Below are positions 1-9,328 of a stretch of 64,000 nt of DNA, one piece after another. Each line of letters begins with the position of its first letter. Within the stretch, counting starts at the first letter, position 1. Origin of the DNA: an uncultured bacterium (GTDB lineage: Bacteria; Patescibacteriota; Patescibacteriia; UBA9570; XYC2-FULL-38-9); contig CALKUP010000016.1 in the NCBI GenBank assembly GCA_937996685.1, positions 85,879 through 149,878 on the forward strand, given 5' to 3'. The notes under the pieces are model-generated. The model was not told where the DNA came from. It saw only the letters and a list, made by a program, of their open reading frames with translations, and ran no database searches. A program made the position numbers and the translations under genes.

Positions 1-52
1 GTGTGATGCGGTTGCGTTTCCGCCGCTTTCCAAATAGTGAAAATTGGCTCAT
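1..52 (-). CDS. possible 5' end of a divergent gene running off the window (MSQFSLFGKRRKRNRIT...)
   Basis: ATG (cat at 50-52) opens a minus-strand frame with no stop to the window edge; divergent from glyQS; only 17 codons visible. Confidence 0.3.
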   Translation of the reverse strand, partial: MSQFSLFGKRRKRNRIT

Positions 53-79
53 TACGGGGATTTATGACTCTGTTCGCGG

Positions 80-108
80 TTTACAAATCGGCGACCCTAC
101 GGTATAGT
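80..108 (+). promoter_or_regulatory. sigma70-type promoter for the glyQS operon
   Basis: TTTACA (80-85), 17-nt spacer, TATAGT (103-108). Confidence 0.6.
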
Positions 109-137
109 ACCCCTATATTTATTGAGTATTTTTGAGT

Positions 138-1520
138 ATGAGCGCATCTTTTGATATTGATGATATTATTTCATTGAGTAAACGTCGTGGTTTTGTCTAT
201 CCATCTTCTGAAATTTACGGTGGATTTGCTGCTGTGTATGACTACGGTCCATATGGTGTTGAGCTTGCAAACAACATTAAAGCAGCGTGGTGGAAAGCAA
301 TGGTGCAGCTGCGTGATGATATTGTCGGGCTTGATTCGTCTATTTTTATGTCACCGAAAATTTGGGAAGCCAGCGGACATGTGAGTGGTTTTTCTGACCC
401 AATGATTGAATGTCGCGAGTGCCAAACACGTTCTCGGGTTGACCATCTATTGGAAGATATTGGCGTCGTTGCAGATGAAAAAATGTCAGCCGAAGAAATT
501 ACGGAGCTGGTGAAAGCGAATGCCAAAAAAATCAAATGCCCAAAATGTGGCAAACAGAATTTTACGGATGTCAAAAAATTCAATTTGCTTGTTGAAAGTA
601 ATCTTGGAGATTTTTCTGGAGAAGGAAAAGACCCGGTCTATTTGCGTGGTGAAACCTGCCAAGGGATTTATGTGAATTATAAAAATGTCTTGAACTCTAC
701 TCGTGTCAAAATTCCATTTGGTATCGCTCAAATTGGTAAAGCGTTCCGTAATGAAATTACTGCGCGACAATTTATTTTCCGGACACGTGAATTTGAACAG
801 ATGGAAATGCAATATTTTGTAGAGCCTGACAAAGAAATGGAAGCCTATGAAGCGTTGCGAGCAGCGCGATGGCAGTATTATTTGGATCTTGGAATTACAC
901 CGTCAAAAATCAAATGGCATCAACATGAAAATTTAGTGTTTTATGCGAAAGAGGCGTATGACATTGAATATGAATTTCCGTTTGGTTGGAAAGAACTTGA
1001 AGGTGTTCATGCGCGTGGGAATTATGATCTCACCCAGCACAGTACACATTCCGGAGAAGATCTCACCTATTTGGATCCGCAAACAAACGAACGCTATTTG
1101 CCACACATTGTAGAAAGCTCAGTTGGTGTTGGTCGAACAATGCTGATGGTGCTGTCTGATGCATATACTGTTGAACAAACAGAGGGTGGCGAGCGGACTG
1201 TATTAAAATTGAACAAACGACTCGCTCCAGTGAAAGCGGCGGTCTTTCCATTGCTGCGAAACAAGCCAGAGCTGGTTGCAAAAGCGCGAGAAGTATTCGA
1301 CATGATCAAAGGCGATTTCATGACCGAGTTTGATGACAATGGAAACGTTGGTAAGCGCTATCGTCGTCAAGATGAAATCGGAACTCCGTATTGTATTACT
1401 ATTGACTTTGATACATTAGAAACCGGAAAGGTGACTGTGCGTGACCGTGACACAATGGAACAACAACTCGTTGCAATTGATGAATTAAAAGTTTGGCTCG
1501 CTGGAAAATTGGTCTCATAA
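138..1520 (+). CDS. glyQS: glycine--tRNA ligase, homodimeric alpha2 (archaeal/eukaryote-like) type
   Basis: KRRGFVYPSSEIYGG, YDYGPYG, YLRGETCQG, AQIGKAFRNEI..FIFRTREFEQME and C-terminal anticodon domain GKRYRRQDEIGTPYCITIDF; ATG at 138 preferred over TTG at 132. Confidence 0.97.
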   Translation: MSASFDIDDIISLSKRRGFVYPSSEIYGGFAAVYDYGPYGVELANNIKAAWWKAMVQLRDDIVGLDSSIFMSPKIWEASGHVSGFSDPMIECRECQTRSRVDHLLEDIGVVADEKMSAEEITELVKANAKKIKCPKCGKQNFTDVKKFNLLVESNLGDFSGEGKDPVYLRGETCQGIYVNYKNVLNSTRVKIPFGIAQIGKAFRNEITARQFIFRTREFEQMEMQYFVEPDKEMEAYEALRAARWQYYLDLGITPSKIKWHQHENLVFYAKEAYDIEYEFPFGWKELEGVHARGNYDLTQHSTHSGEDLTYLDPQTNERYLPHIVESSVGVGRTMLMVLSDAYTVEQTEGGERTVLKLNKRLAPVKAAVFPLLRNKPELVAKAREVFDMIKGDFMTEFDDNGNVGKRYRRQDEIGTPYCITIDFDTLETGKVTVRDRDTMEQQLVAIDELKVWLAGKLVS

Positions 1521-1530
1521 TATCTATCCT

Positions 1531-2811
1531 ATGATGAAAAAATATACATTAAAAAACGGCATTCCAGTGGTGATTGATCGCATGGAAGGAACAAAGGTAT
1601 TAACGTCGTACGTATTGTTTAATGTTGGTTCACGTAATGAAACAAAGTCAATCAACGGTGTGTCGCATTTTTTGGAACATCTGTTTTTTAAAGGGACAGA
1701 AAAACGACCAACAACATTAGTATTGAGTCGAGAGCTTGATGGTGTTGGTGCGGATTTCAACGCGTTCACTGGCAAGGATTACACAGGCTATTATGTGAAA
1801 GTTGATAGCAGGCACAGTATGCTCGCGCTCGATATTTTAGAAGATTTGTTATTTCATCCGTTGTTTGATCCGGAAGAAGTGAATCGCGAACGGGGAGTGA
1901 TTATCGAAGAGATTAATATGTATGAAGATAATCCGATGGCAACTGCGGAGGAAGTTGCGGAAGAAATGTTGTACGGTAAAGAGCATCCGCTCGGGTATCG
2001 CATTGCGGGACCAATTAAGAATATTCAAACAATTTCTCGCAACCAAATCTTGAAATATCGTGAGACATATTATCATCCAGATAATATGGTAATTATTTTG
2101 TCTGGGAATGTCCCAAAAAATGCAGTGCAGGTATTAGAAAAATTATTTGGTAGCGCGCCACGCCGCAAAACGCAATCTCCAGCACCCAAAAAGTTTACGG
2201 TGAAACAAAAAGCACCGCGCTTGCATATTGAAAAAAAGAAAACTGCGCAAGCCCATATGGCGCTGACATTTCCAGGTCCTTCATATACTGACAAAGATGC
2301 GCTCGCCGCGACATTGCTTTCAACAATTCTTGGTGGCAGTATGAGTTCTCGGTTATTCATTAATGTGCGTGAACGACAAGGTTTGTGTTATTACATTGGA
2401 TCTGGAGTGTCTCCATATCAAGATGTTGGGGCTTTTACCATTCAAGCTGGTTTTGATAAAACCCGAATTAATGATGCGATTGCAGCAATTGTACAAGAGA
2501 TTGTTGATGTTCGTGACAACGGCGTCACCGAGCAAGAGCTTGCGCAAGCGAAGGAATATATTCGTGGCAAACTCGCTATTCGTTTAGAAGACTCTGAATA
2601 TGTTGCGGGCTTTTGGGGCAAGCAATTTTTCCATAAAAAATCATTGTTGTCAGCTGATGAATATTTGGATGCATTATCAAAGGTGACAAGCGCCCAAGTC
2701 GTGCGCTTCGCAAAAAAAACTTTCCAGCAGTCATTGGCAAATCTTGTTATCGTTGGTGAGTATTCCGAAAAACAACGCAACGCATTCGAACGCTTGATTA
2801 AACAGATATAA
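1531..2811 (+). CDS. M16 (pitrilysin/insulinase) family zinc peptidase
   Basis: inverted zinc motif HFLEH, NAFT, ERGVIIEE, LGGSMSSRLF..VRE..GL.Y. Confidence 0.93.
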   Translation: MMKKYTLKNGIPVVIDRMEGTKVLTSYVLFNVGSRNETKSINGVSHFLEHLFFKGTEKRPTTLVLSRELDGVGADFNAFTGKDYTGYYVKVDSRHSMLALDILEDLLFHPLFDPEEVNRERGVIIEEINMYEDNPMATAEEVAEEMLYGKEHPLGYRIAGPIKNIQTISRNQILKYRETYYHPDNMVIILSGNVPKNAVQVLEKLFGSAPRRKTQSPAPKKFTVKQKAPRLHIEKKKTAQAHMALTFPGPSYTDKDALAATLLSTILGGSMSSRLFINVRERQGLCYYIGSGVSPYQDVGAFTIQAGFDKTRINDAIAAIVQEIVDVRDNGVTEQELAQAKEYIRGKLAIRLEDSEYVAGFWGKQFFHKKSLLSADEYLDALSKVTSAQVVRFAKKTFQQSLANLVIVGEYSEKQRNAFERLIKQI

Positions 2812-2814
2812 ATT

Positions 2815-3885
2815 ATGCAACCAAAAAGACAAAGACCAAACGAAACAATTGAATACCGTATTACATTTTCTACTCTTGGTATTTTAAAAGTCCTCGGAAT
2901 TGGAGCGCTTGTATTTTTGGTGTTTTATTTGCGTCAGGTATTTGGCTTGTTGTTTATCGCGCTGGTGATTGCATCCGCGCTTGATCCGCTGATCGACCGA
3001 TTACAGCGTTACCATATCCCACGAGGTGTCAGCATCTTGGTCTTGTATGCCTTGATTATTAGTGGGGTGTTTGCGGTATTGGCATTGCTTATTCCGCCAT
3101 TGTTATTGCAGCTCACGCAACTCGGTGGAACAATTTCAACATACGGACCCGAAGTTGATAGTTTTTATCAGTACATTACTCAAAATGACAACGCATCGCT
3201 TGTTGATGCAATTAGCAGTAATGTGTCCGCGGTGAATTCATCGTTATCAACAATTACGACGGGAGCAATTGCAACGGTCTCGAATTTTTTTACTGTGCTC
3301 GCGAGTATTATTTTCGTCTTTGTGATTACATTTTACATCACTGTTGAAGAAGACGGCTTGAAAAAATTTATTCGCTCCGTTGCGCCAATTCAATTTCAAC
3401 CATATCTCGTGCAAAAAACCAATCGGATTCAAGATCGCCTCGGCTCTTGGTTGTCTGGGCAAGTCGCGTTGATGTTTGTGATTGGAACACTGACCTACAT
3501 CGGTTTGTCGATTATTGGAGTGCCGTATGCGTTGGTTCTTGCGTTGCTTGCCGGGTTATTTGAATTCATTCCGTTTGTTGGCCCTCTTATTTCAGCGGTG
3601 CCAGCAGTCTTCTTTGGCTTCATTGATGCGCCATGGAAAGCACTGGCAGTTGTCGCGTTCTATCTTATTTTGCAACAAACAGAGAATCAAATTTTGGTGC
3701 CAAAGATCATGCAAAAAGCACTTGGGTTGTCACCAATTGTCATTTTAACAGCAGTGTTGATTGGTGGAACAATTGCTGGTCTTCCAGGTGTGTTGCTTGG
3801 TGTGCCAGCGGTGACTATTTTATGGATCTTTGTTGAAGATATTGTGATTCAAAAAATGGAGATGGATAATTCACTCGAAGAATAA
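2815..3885 (+). CDS. AI-2E (UPF0118) family transporter
   Basis: multi-TM; FIPFVGP and QQTENQILVPKIM...LSP signatures. Confidence 0.9.
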   Translation: MQPKRQRPNETIEYRITFSTLGILKVLGIGALVFLVFYLRQVFGLLFIALVIASALDPLIDRLQRYHIPRGVSILVLYALIISGVFAVLALLIPPLLLQLTQLGGTISTYGPEVDSFYQYITQNDNASLVDAISSNVSAVNSSLSTITTGAIATVSNFFTVLASIIFVFVITFYITVEEDGLKKFIRSVAPIQFQPYLVQKTNRIQDRLGSWLSGQVALMFVIGTLTYIGLSIIGVPYALVLALLAGLFEFIPFVGPLISAVPAVFFGFIDAPWKALAVVAFYLILQQTENQILVPKIMQKALGLSPIVILTAVLIGGTIAGLPGVLLGVPAVTILWIFVEDIVIQKMEMDNSLEE

Positions 3886-3889
3886 ACAG

Positions 3890-5428
3890 ATGGAACAAGA
3901 AAAAAAACAATTCACGATTGCAACTGCGATCCCATATTTGAATGCGAAAGCGCACATTGGTCATGCGTTAGAATATGTATTTTCAGATGTCATTGCACGA
4001 TACCACAAGCAGCAGGGTGAAGACGTTGTTGCGATCATGGGCGCAGATGAGCATGGGCAAAAAATTGCTCGTAGTGCGCAAGACTCTGGCGTGACTCCGC
4101 AGGCGTATGTTGATGCGCTTGTTCCAAAATTTCTTGAGTTGCATACTGCGCTTGGTGTTTCATATGACAGATTTATCCGAACAACTGACGCGGATCACGC
4201 GCGTATTGCACAGGCGCTCTGGAAAAAAGTGCAGGCAGCAGGGTTTATTGATGAGCGTGAATACGAAGGTTTGTATTGTGTTGGCTGTGAAGCGTTTAAA
4301 ACTGAAGCAGAGCTCGTGGATGGAAAGTGTCCTGATCATTTGAAAGAGCCAGAAATGATTCGGGAGAAGAATTACTTTTTTCAGTTGTCAAAACTTCAGC
4401 AGGCGCTTCTTGAGTGGTACGATGCGCATCCGCAGTGGATTGTGCCACAATCAAAGATGAATGAAATGCGGGCGTTTATTGAGCGTGGACTCGAAGATAT
4501 TTCCATTAGTCGTGATGTCTCAAAAATGTCATGGGGCATCCCAGTTCCAGATGACGACTCGCAGGTGATGTATGTCTGGTTTGATGCGTTGCCGAATTAT
4601 CTGACAGGCGCTGGCGTGACTCCGGAGATGATTGCGAGCGGCGATGTGTCTGGCTCTCGTTGGCCAGTTGATCTCATTAACCTTGGAAAAGATATTAACC
4701 GTTTTCATGCTATTTTGTTTGCAGCGATGCTCATTGCGGCAGATCTACCGCTGCCAAAGCAACTTGGTGTGCATGGTTTTATTTCTGTGAACGGACAAAA
4801 AATGAGTAAATCTATCGGAAATGTCATTGACCCGATAGATTTAATTGAGAAATTTGGCGCAGAGCCGACACGGTATTTACTGATGGCGGAAATTCCATTT
4901 CAATCTGATGGCGATATTTCAATGGAAAAGTTGCATGATCGCTACACAGCAGACTTGAGCAATGGTATTGGAAATTTGTTATCGCGAACCACAACCATGG
5001 TTGAAAAGTTTTGCGCACAAGCTGATGAATGTGTGTGTCAGGAGTCTGGTTTTGATGCCTCAAAAGCAGAGGAGTGGAAGAATGAATTTGCTCCACATGA
5101 ATCTGCATTTGCTGTGGCAATGCGTGGTATGGACTTTCATATCGCCATTCAACAGATTCAAAAAATTGTGAGCTTGTGTGATGAAAAATTAGAGCAAGAA
5201 AAGCCATGGGAAGTGTTTAAATTAAAAGAAGAAGAATTTACCGCTCGGTATGGAGAAGCACTCGCGTCTCTATCTTATTCACTTATTGGCTTGCGCTCCA
5301 TCGCTCGTTTGTTGCAGTCATTTATCCCGGAAACAGCACAAAAAATAAGTAAAACGGTAAACGTTGAACGGATTCATCATATTCGTAAAGCTGCTCCACT
5401 ATTTCCGCGTATTGAATTAAACAAATAA
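3890..5428 (+). CDS. metG: methionine--tRNA ligase (short form, no C-terminal tRNA-binding domain)
   Basis: PYLN..AHIGH, GADEHGQK, Zn knuckle CVGC..CPDH, YVWFDAL, GKDINRFH, KMSKS. Confidence 0.96.
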   Translation: MEQEKKQFTIATAIPYLNAKAHIGHALEYVFSDVIARYHKQQGEDVVAIMGADEHGQKIARSAQDSGVTPQAYVDALVPKFLELHTALGVSYDRFIRTTDADHARIAQALWKKVQAAGFIDEREYEGLYCVGCEAFKTEAELVDGKCPDHLKEPEMIREKNYFFQLSKLQQALLEWYDAHPQWIVPQSKMNEMRAFIERGLEDISISRDVSKMSWGIPVPDDDSQVMYVWFDALPNYLTGAGVTPEMIASGDVSGSRWPVDLINLGKDINRFHAILFAAMLIAADLPLPKQLGVHGFISVNGQKMSKSIGNVIDPIDLIEKFGAEPTRYLLMAEIPFQSDGDISMEKLHDRYTADLSNGIGNLLSRTTTMVEKFCAQADECVCQESGFDASKAEEWKNEFAPHESAFAVAMRGMDFHIAIQQIQKIVSLCDEKLEQEKPWEVFKLKEEEFTARYGEALASLSYSLIGLRSIARLLQSFIPETAQKISKTVNVERIHHIRKAAPLFPRIELNK

Positions 5429-5431
5429 ATT

Positions 5432-5941
5432 ATGTTTTGGCTCGACATCCTCTTCCTTCTCTGGCTCGCAAGCTCTGCGCTTGGTGGCTACAAAATGGGT
5501 TTTATCTATAAGCTCGGCTCGTTTATCGGCTTGGTGATTAGTGTGTATCTTGCAGTAAAATGGACGCCGGGAGTGATTGAATATTTTCATTGGGGCGTCT
5601 TCGCGACAATTACTGTATTCCTTATTTTATTGTCTCTGCTGTCAAAGCTGTTTGGCATTATCGCATTCTTCATCGACAAAGTATTTCATATTGTCTACAT
5701 CATTCCATTCACCAAAACGTTTAATCGACTTCTTGGCGCGGCGCTTGGTGTATTGATTACGATTCTGATTATTAGTGCTGGTATCGCGCTATCAAATGTC
5801 TTCACATTTTACCAACCATTAAATGAATTGCTTGCCCGATCTGTGGTTGTTCCATATCTCCAAAGTGCAACGCAATTTGTCTTGCCGTATCTGCAAGAAC
5901 CGTTTGCGAATATTGTTGCATTTGTTCAATCAAAACGGTAA
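5432..5941 (+). CDS. cvpA: CvpA (colicin V production) family membrane protein
   Basis: N-terminal LDI.......GYKMGF, 4 TM segments, NRLLGAALG, C-terminal S...P. Confidence 0.85.
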   Translation: MFWLDILFLLWLASSALGGYKMGFIYKLGSFIGLVISVYLAVKWTPGVIEYFHWGVFATITVFLILLSLLSKLFGIIAFFIDKVFHIVYIIPFTKTFNRLLGAALGVLITILIISAGIALSNVFTFYQPLNELLARSVVVPYLQSATQFVLPYLQEPFANIVAFVQSKR

Positions 5942-5950
5942 GCTCATAGC

Positions 5951-6853
5951 ATGACTGATAAAACATTTCCAACCCTCGTCGATACACATTGCCATGTGAA
6001 TTTTGAAGCGTACACTGATGACGACCGTACGGTGATTGACCGCGCCTTGAACTCTGGCGTGCGAATGATTAATGTTGGAACAAATTACAAAACCTCAAAA
6101 AAAGCTGTCCATATCGCAGAGCAGATTGGAGACGGCATGGTCGCAGCTATTGGTGTGCATCCAATTCATCTTGCAAAAAATATTACAGAGACAGCAAATT
6201 TCAATGGTGAAACATATGAGTTCACAACCAAGTCTGAGCAGTTTGATAAACGCCTCTATTTTCAGCTTGCACAATCGGAAAAAGTGGTCGCAGTTGGAGA
6301 GAGTGGTCTTGATTATTTTCACTTGGATGATTTCAAAGCGCCGGACATGACCGTCAAAGAATATGTTGAGCTGCAAAAAGAAACGCTCTATGAAATTCTT
6401 GGGTTTGCGCGCGAAATTGGCAAGCCGCATATTTTCCATTGTCGTGATGCTTATGACGACTTCATTGATATGGTGCGACAGTTTAATGACAACTCTGATG
6501 GTGGGAGCGGTCCTGGAGGCGAAGTCCGCGGTACAGTCCATTGTTTCACCGGCACAGTTGCGCAAGCGGAAAAGATTTTGGAACTTGGGCTCTATATTGG
6601 CTTTACGGGTATTGTGACATTCCCGAACGCAGAAACCTTGCGAGATGTCGCGCGGATGGTGCCACTTGATCGGATGCTGCTGGAAACAGATGCGCCATAT
6701 CTTGCGCCGCAAGCAGTGCGTGGTCAGCGAAATGAACCGGCGCATGTTCGCTATGTTGCAGAATTTTTGGCTGAACTGAAAGGCGTGTCGATTGAAGAAT
6801 TTGCGGCCCAAACAACCGCGAATGCTAACACTCTCTTCGGCACACAATTTTAA
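5951..6853 (+). CDS. tatD: TatD family hydrolase/nuclease
   Basis: DTHCH, GVHP, AVGESGLDY, HCRDA, VHCFTG, LLETDAPYL, RNEP. Confidence 0.95.
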   Translation: MTDKTFPTLVDTHCHVNFEAYTDDDRTVIDRALNSGVRMINVGTNYKTSKKAVHIAEQIGDGMVAAIGVHPIHLAKNITETANFNGETYEFTTKSEQFDKRLYFQLAQSEKVVAVGESGLDYFHLDDFKAPDMTVKEYVELQKETLYEILGFAREIGKPHIFHCRDAYDDFIDMVRQFNDNSDGGSGPGGEVRGTVHCFTGTVAQAEKILELGLYIGFTGIVTFPNAETLRDVARMVPLDRMLLETDAPYLAPQAVRGQRNEPAHVRYVAEFLAELKGVSIEEFAAQTTANANTLFGTQF

Positions 6854-6863
6854 TTTTACGATT

Positions 6864-6962
6864 GATGGCTTGCGGGTGTGTATCACTCAAAAGCCCCGCT
6901 CACTCACGTTCGCTGGCGGCAGAGCCGCTTTATCGGCTTTGAGTTGATACACGCCCTCCATC
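6864..6962. repeat. long imperfect inverted repeat with two inner hairpins (REP/MITE-like or structured RNA)
   Basis: GATGG..GGGTGTGTATCA-CTCAAAAGCC (6864-6895) pairs with GGCTTTGAGTTGATACACGCCC.CCATC (6935-6962); inner GCGGC-AGA-GCCGC. Confidence 0.6.
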
Positions 6963-7018
6963 ATGGAAGTCTGTATTTTTATACCAAAAATAAGCCGAAT
7001 GTAGTATACTGACTGTAT

Positions 7019-8029
7019 ATGAATACACTATTGATTATTATTGCGATTGGGCTGATCGCGGTTATTGGTTTGCTGCTGGTTATCTTGGTAAATCAAAAAA
7101 AACAACAACAGTCTGCTCCAGAGGATTCTGCGGGCCTGCAAATGTTGAATCAAAATATGCAGGGTGTGCAACAACGTCTTGATAATGTAACGAATGGCCT
7201 GTCTAGTCGGCTTGATACCGTCGCAACGGGAATGAACGAGCGTCTTGATAAAGCGGCGTATGTGATTCAAGATGTGAAAAAAGAATTAGGCAGCATGCAG
7301 GAGATTGGCCGCAACATGCAAGGTCTGCAAGAATTTCTCCGTTCGCCGAAACTCCGGGGAAATATCGGTGAAAAAGTATTGGAAGAAATGCTCGCACAGT
7401 ATTTTCCACAACATCTGTTTCAAATGCAATATCGTTTCAAAGATGGTTCGATTGTTGATGCAATGTTGCAAACCGATAACGGTATTATTCCGATTGATTC
7501 AAAATTCCCGCTTGAGAATTATCAACGTCTTGCAGCGGCAGAAACGGAAGAAGATCGCGCATTGTTCAGTAATGAGTTTGCGAAAGACGTGAAGAAGCAT
7601 GTGAATGATATTTCAAAAAAATACATTTTGCCGCAAGAAGGAACAGTTGATTTTGCTATTATGTATGTTCCGTCCGAGTCTGTGTATTATGAAATTGTGC
7701 GGATGAATCTTGCTGTCCAAACACACGCCTTTGAAAAGCACGTGATGTTTGTGTCGCCAAACTCATTCTATTATTTTTTGCAAGTGATTTTGACAGCACT
7801 GCGAGAAAAGGAAGTTGCGCAAGCCGCTCAAGAGATTTTGCAAGCAGTGAAAGCGATTCAAAAAGATGTCTTGAAATTTTCCGATGAAATCAATGTTGTT
7901 GAAAAACATGTAGTGAATGCAGCTGGTGCGATGACGCGTGCAAAAACGCAGTTTGGGAAGCTGGCTGATAAAATCGAACGCGTCGATGACATTCAAATCA
8001 GCGACGGCATGGAATCCGAAGAGTTATAA
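7019..8029 (+). CDS. rmuC: DNA recombination protein RmuC
   Basis: N-terminal TM, coiled coil, RGNIGEKVLE, VDA, PIDSKFP, YILP.EGTVDFAIMYVPSE. Confidence 0.92.
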   Translation: MNTLLIIIAIGLIAVIGLLLVILVNQKKQQQSAPEDSAGLQMLNQNMQGVQQRLDNVTNGLSSRLDTVATGMNERLDKAAYVIQDVKKELGSMQEIGRNMQGLQEFLRSPKLRGNIGEKVLEEMLAQYFPQHLFQMQYRFKDGSIVDAMLQTDNGIIPIDSKFPLENYQRLAAAETEEDRALFSNEFAKDVKKHVNDISKKYILPQEGTVDFAIMYVPSESVYYEIVRMNLAVQTHAFEKHVMFVSPNSFYYFLQVILTALREKEVAQAAQEILQAVKAIQKDVLKFSDEINVVEKHVVNAAGAMTRAKTQFGKLADKIERVDDIQISDGMESEEL

Positions 8030-8041
8030 TTATAGAGTATT

Positions 8042-8734
8042 ATGAAACCAACAATCGAGAATTTATACGACCTTTCACAATTTGAACACCGTACCATTTT
8101 TGATGGAATGGTTTTTCCGTGGGAAGTGCTATCACTCATTGAGCAATATATTTTGTCTCACGCAGCAAATGTGGCGAGTGATGTTGCTTCAGATGTGTCC
8201 GCTGCAGCACACATCGGTCCGAATGTGGTGATCGGAAAAAATGTGACTATCGAACATGGTGTTGTCATTAAGGGTCCAGCAATTATCGGCGATAATGTAA
8301 CATTGCGTGCCAATGCGTACATCCGTGAAAACGTGATTATCGGCGCAGGGTCTGTGATTGGAAATAGTTGCGAAGTGAAAAATAGCATTGTGATGAACGG
8401 CGCGCAGATTCCACATTTTAATTACGTCGGAGATTCAGTTGTAGGCAATGACGCGCACTTAAGCGGTGGGGCAGCGCTGTCAAATACAACCATGTTTGGC
8501 AAAGATGTTGTCATTCGTGATGATGAAGGCGGGGAATATGCAACTGGCTTATTAAAATGCGGCGCATTTGTTGGAGATGGTGCACAGCTTGGGGCAAATG
8601 TTGTTGTCGCGCCTGGCGTTGCGATTGGAAAGGGCTCGATTGTCTACCCACTTGCATTTATTCGTGATATGATTCCAGAAAGATCAATTATAAAAATAAG
8701 ACATACTATTGAAGTAACGCCAATTATAGAGTAG
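8042..8734 (+). CDS. stand-alone hexapeptide-repeat (LbH) acetyltransferase, similar to the GlmU C-terminal domain
   Basis: hexapeptide repeats, GNSCEVKNS, IPHFNYVGDSVVG, K.GAFVGD; no N-terminal nucleotidyltransferase domain. Confidence 0.8.
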   Translation: MKPTIENLYDLSQFEHRTIFDGMVFPWEVLSLIEQYILSHAANVASDVASDVSAAAHIGPNVVIGKNVTIEHGVVIKGPAIIGDNVTLRANAYIRENVIIGAGSVIGNSCEVKNSIVMNGAQIPHFNYVGDSVVGNDAHLSGGAALSNTTMFGKDVVIRDDEGGEYATGLLKCGAFVGDGAQLGANVVVAPGVAIGKGSIVYPLAFIRDMIPERSIIKIRHTIEVTPIIE

Positions 8735-8735
8735 C

Positions 8736-8764
8736 TTGACAAAAAGCAAAATATATGGTATTAT
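8736..8764 (+). promoter_or_regulatory. near-consensus sigma70 promoter with extended -10
   Basis: TTGACA (8736-8741), 17 nt, TG at 8756-57, TATTAT (8759-8764). Confidence 0.75.
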
Positions 8765-8791
8765 GAAAAAGAGTAGCTAAACACAATTTCT

Positions 8792-9100
8792 ATGAACCCA
8801 ATCCAAGACAAACTCAACAACGAAAATATTTTTGTGCAACTTGGTTTAAACGATTTGTCCGTTGAAGAAAAAGAGCAAATGCTCGAACAATTAAATGAAT
8901 TAGTGCAGAAACGTTTATTATTACGAATCTTGGAAGTGGTTCCAGAATCTGTGCAACAAGAAATGGCAGCGAAGAATTTTGAGACGCCAGAACAAGCGAT
9001 TGAGGAAATGATGAAACATGTTCCATATTTTGGTGATTTATTAGAAGAGGAAGTTGAAAAAGTGAAAGCGGAATTACGCGCCGGTGTTCAAACTGCGTAA
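8792..9100 (+). CDS. small acidic helical protein, DUF5663-like (CPR-typical)
   Basis: LGLNDLSVEEKEQMLEQLNELVQKRL...VPYFGDLLEEE pattern recalled from the CPR DUF5663 family; downstream of a strong promoter. Confidence 0.65.
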   Translation: MNPIQDKLNNENIFVQLGLNDLSVEEKEQMLEQLNELVQKRLLLRILEVVPESVQQEMAAKNFETPEQAIEEMMKHVPYFGDLLEEEVEKVKAELRAGVQTA

Positions 9101-9114
9101 CCCGAATTATTTAT

Positions 9115-9318
9115 ATGACGACGAATACTACACCATTAACCCCAGAGCAGTTCGCGCAGTTGCCAGAAGAGGTGCGAGCGGTGATTCGTCTTTTAGAAGA
9201 GTTGGACACGACGCTTTCAACTGTGCAATTGCAAAATGCGGAATTATTACAGACTTTGCAGAAGCATGCTGATCAAGAAAAAATCGCGTCTATTAAAAAA
9301 TTATTAGAACAGATTTAA
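9115..9318 (+). CDS. small coiled-coil hypothetical protein (C-terminal DQEKIASIKKLL)
   Basis: ORF fills the gap in the operon with 14-nt and 10-nt spacers; helical amphipathic composition. Confidence 0.7.
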   Translation: MTTNTTPLTPEQFAQLPEEVRAVIRLLEELDTTLSTVQLQNAELLQTLQKHADQEKIASIKKLLEQI

Positions 9319-9328
9319 TATCATTTTT

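Noticed and set aside
6095-6886. 263-aa antisense ORF over tatD
   Set aside because: Shadow of a well-conserved gene; no motifs, atypical composition
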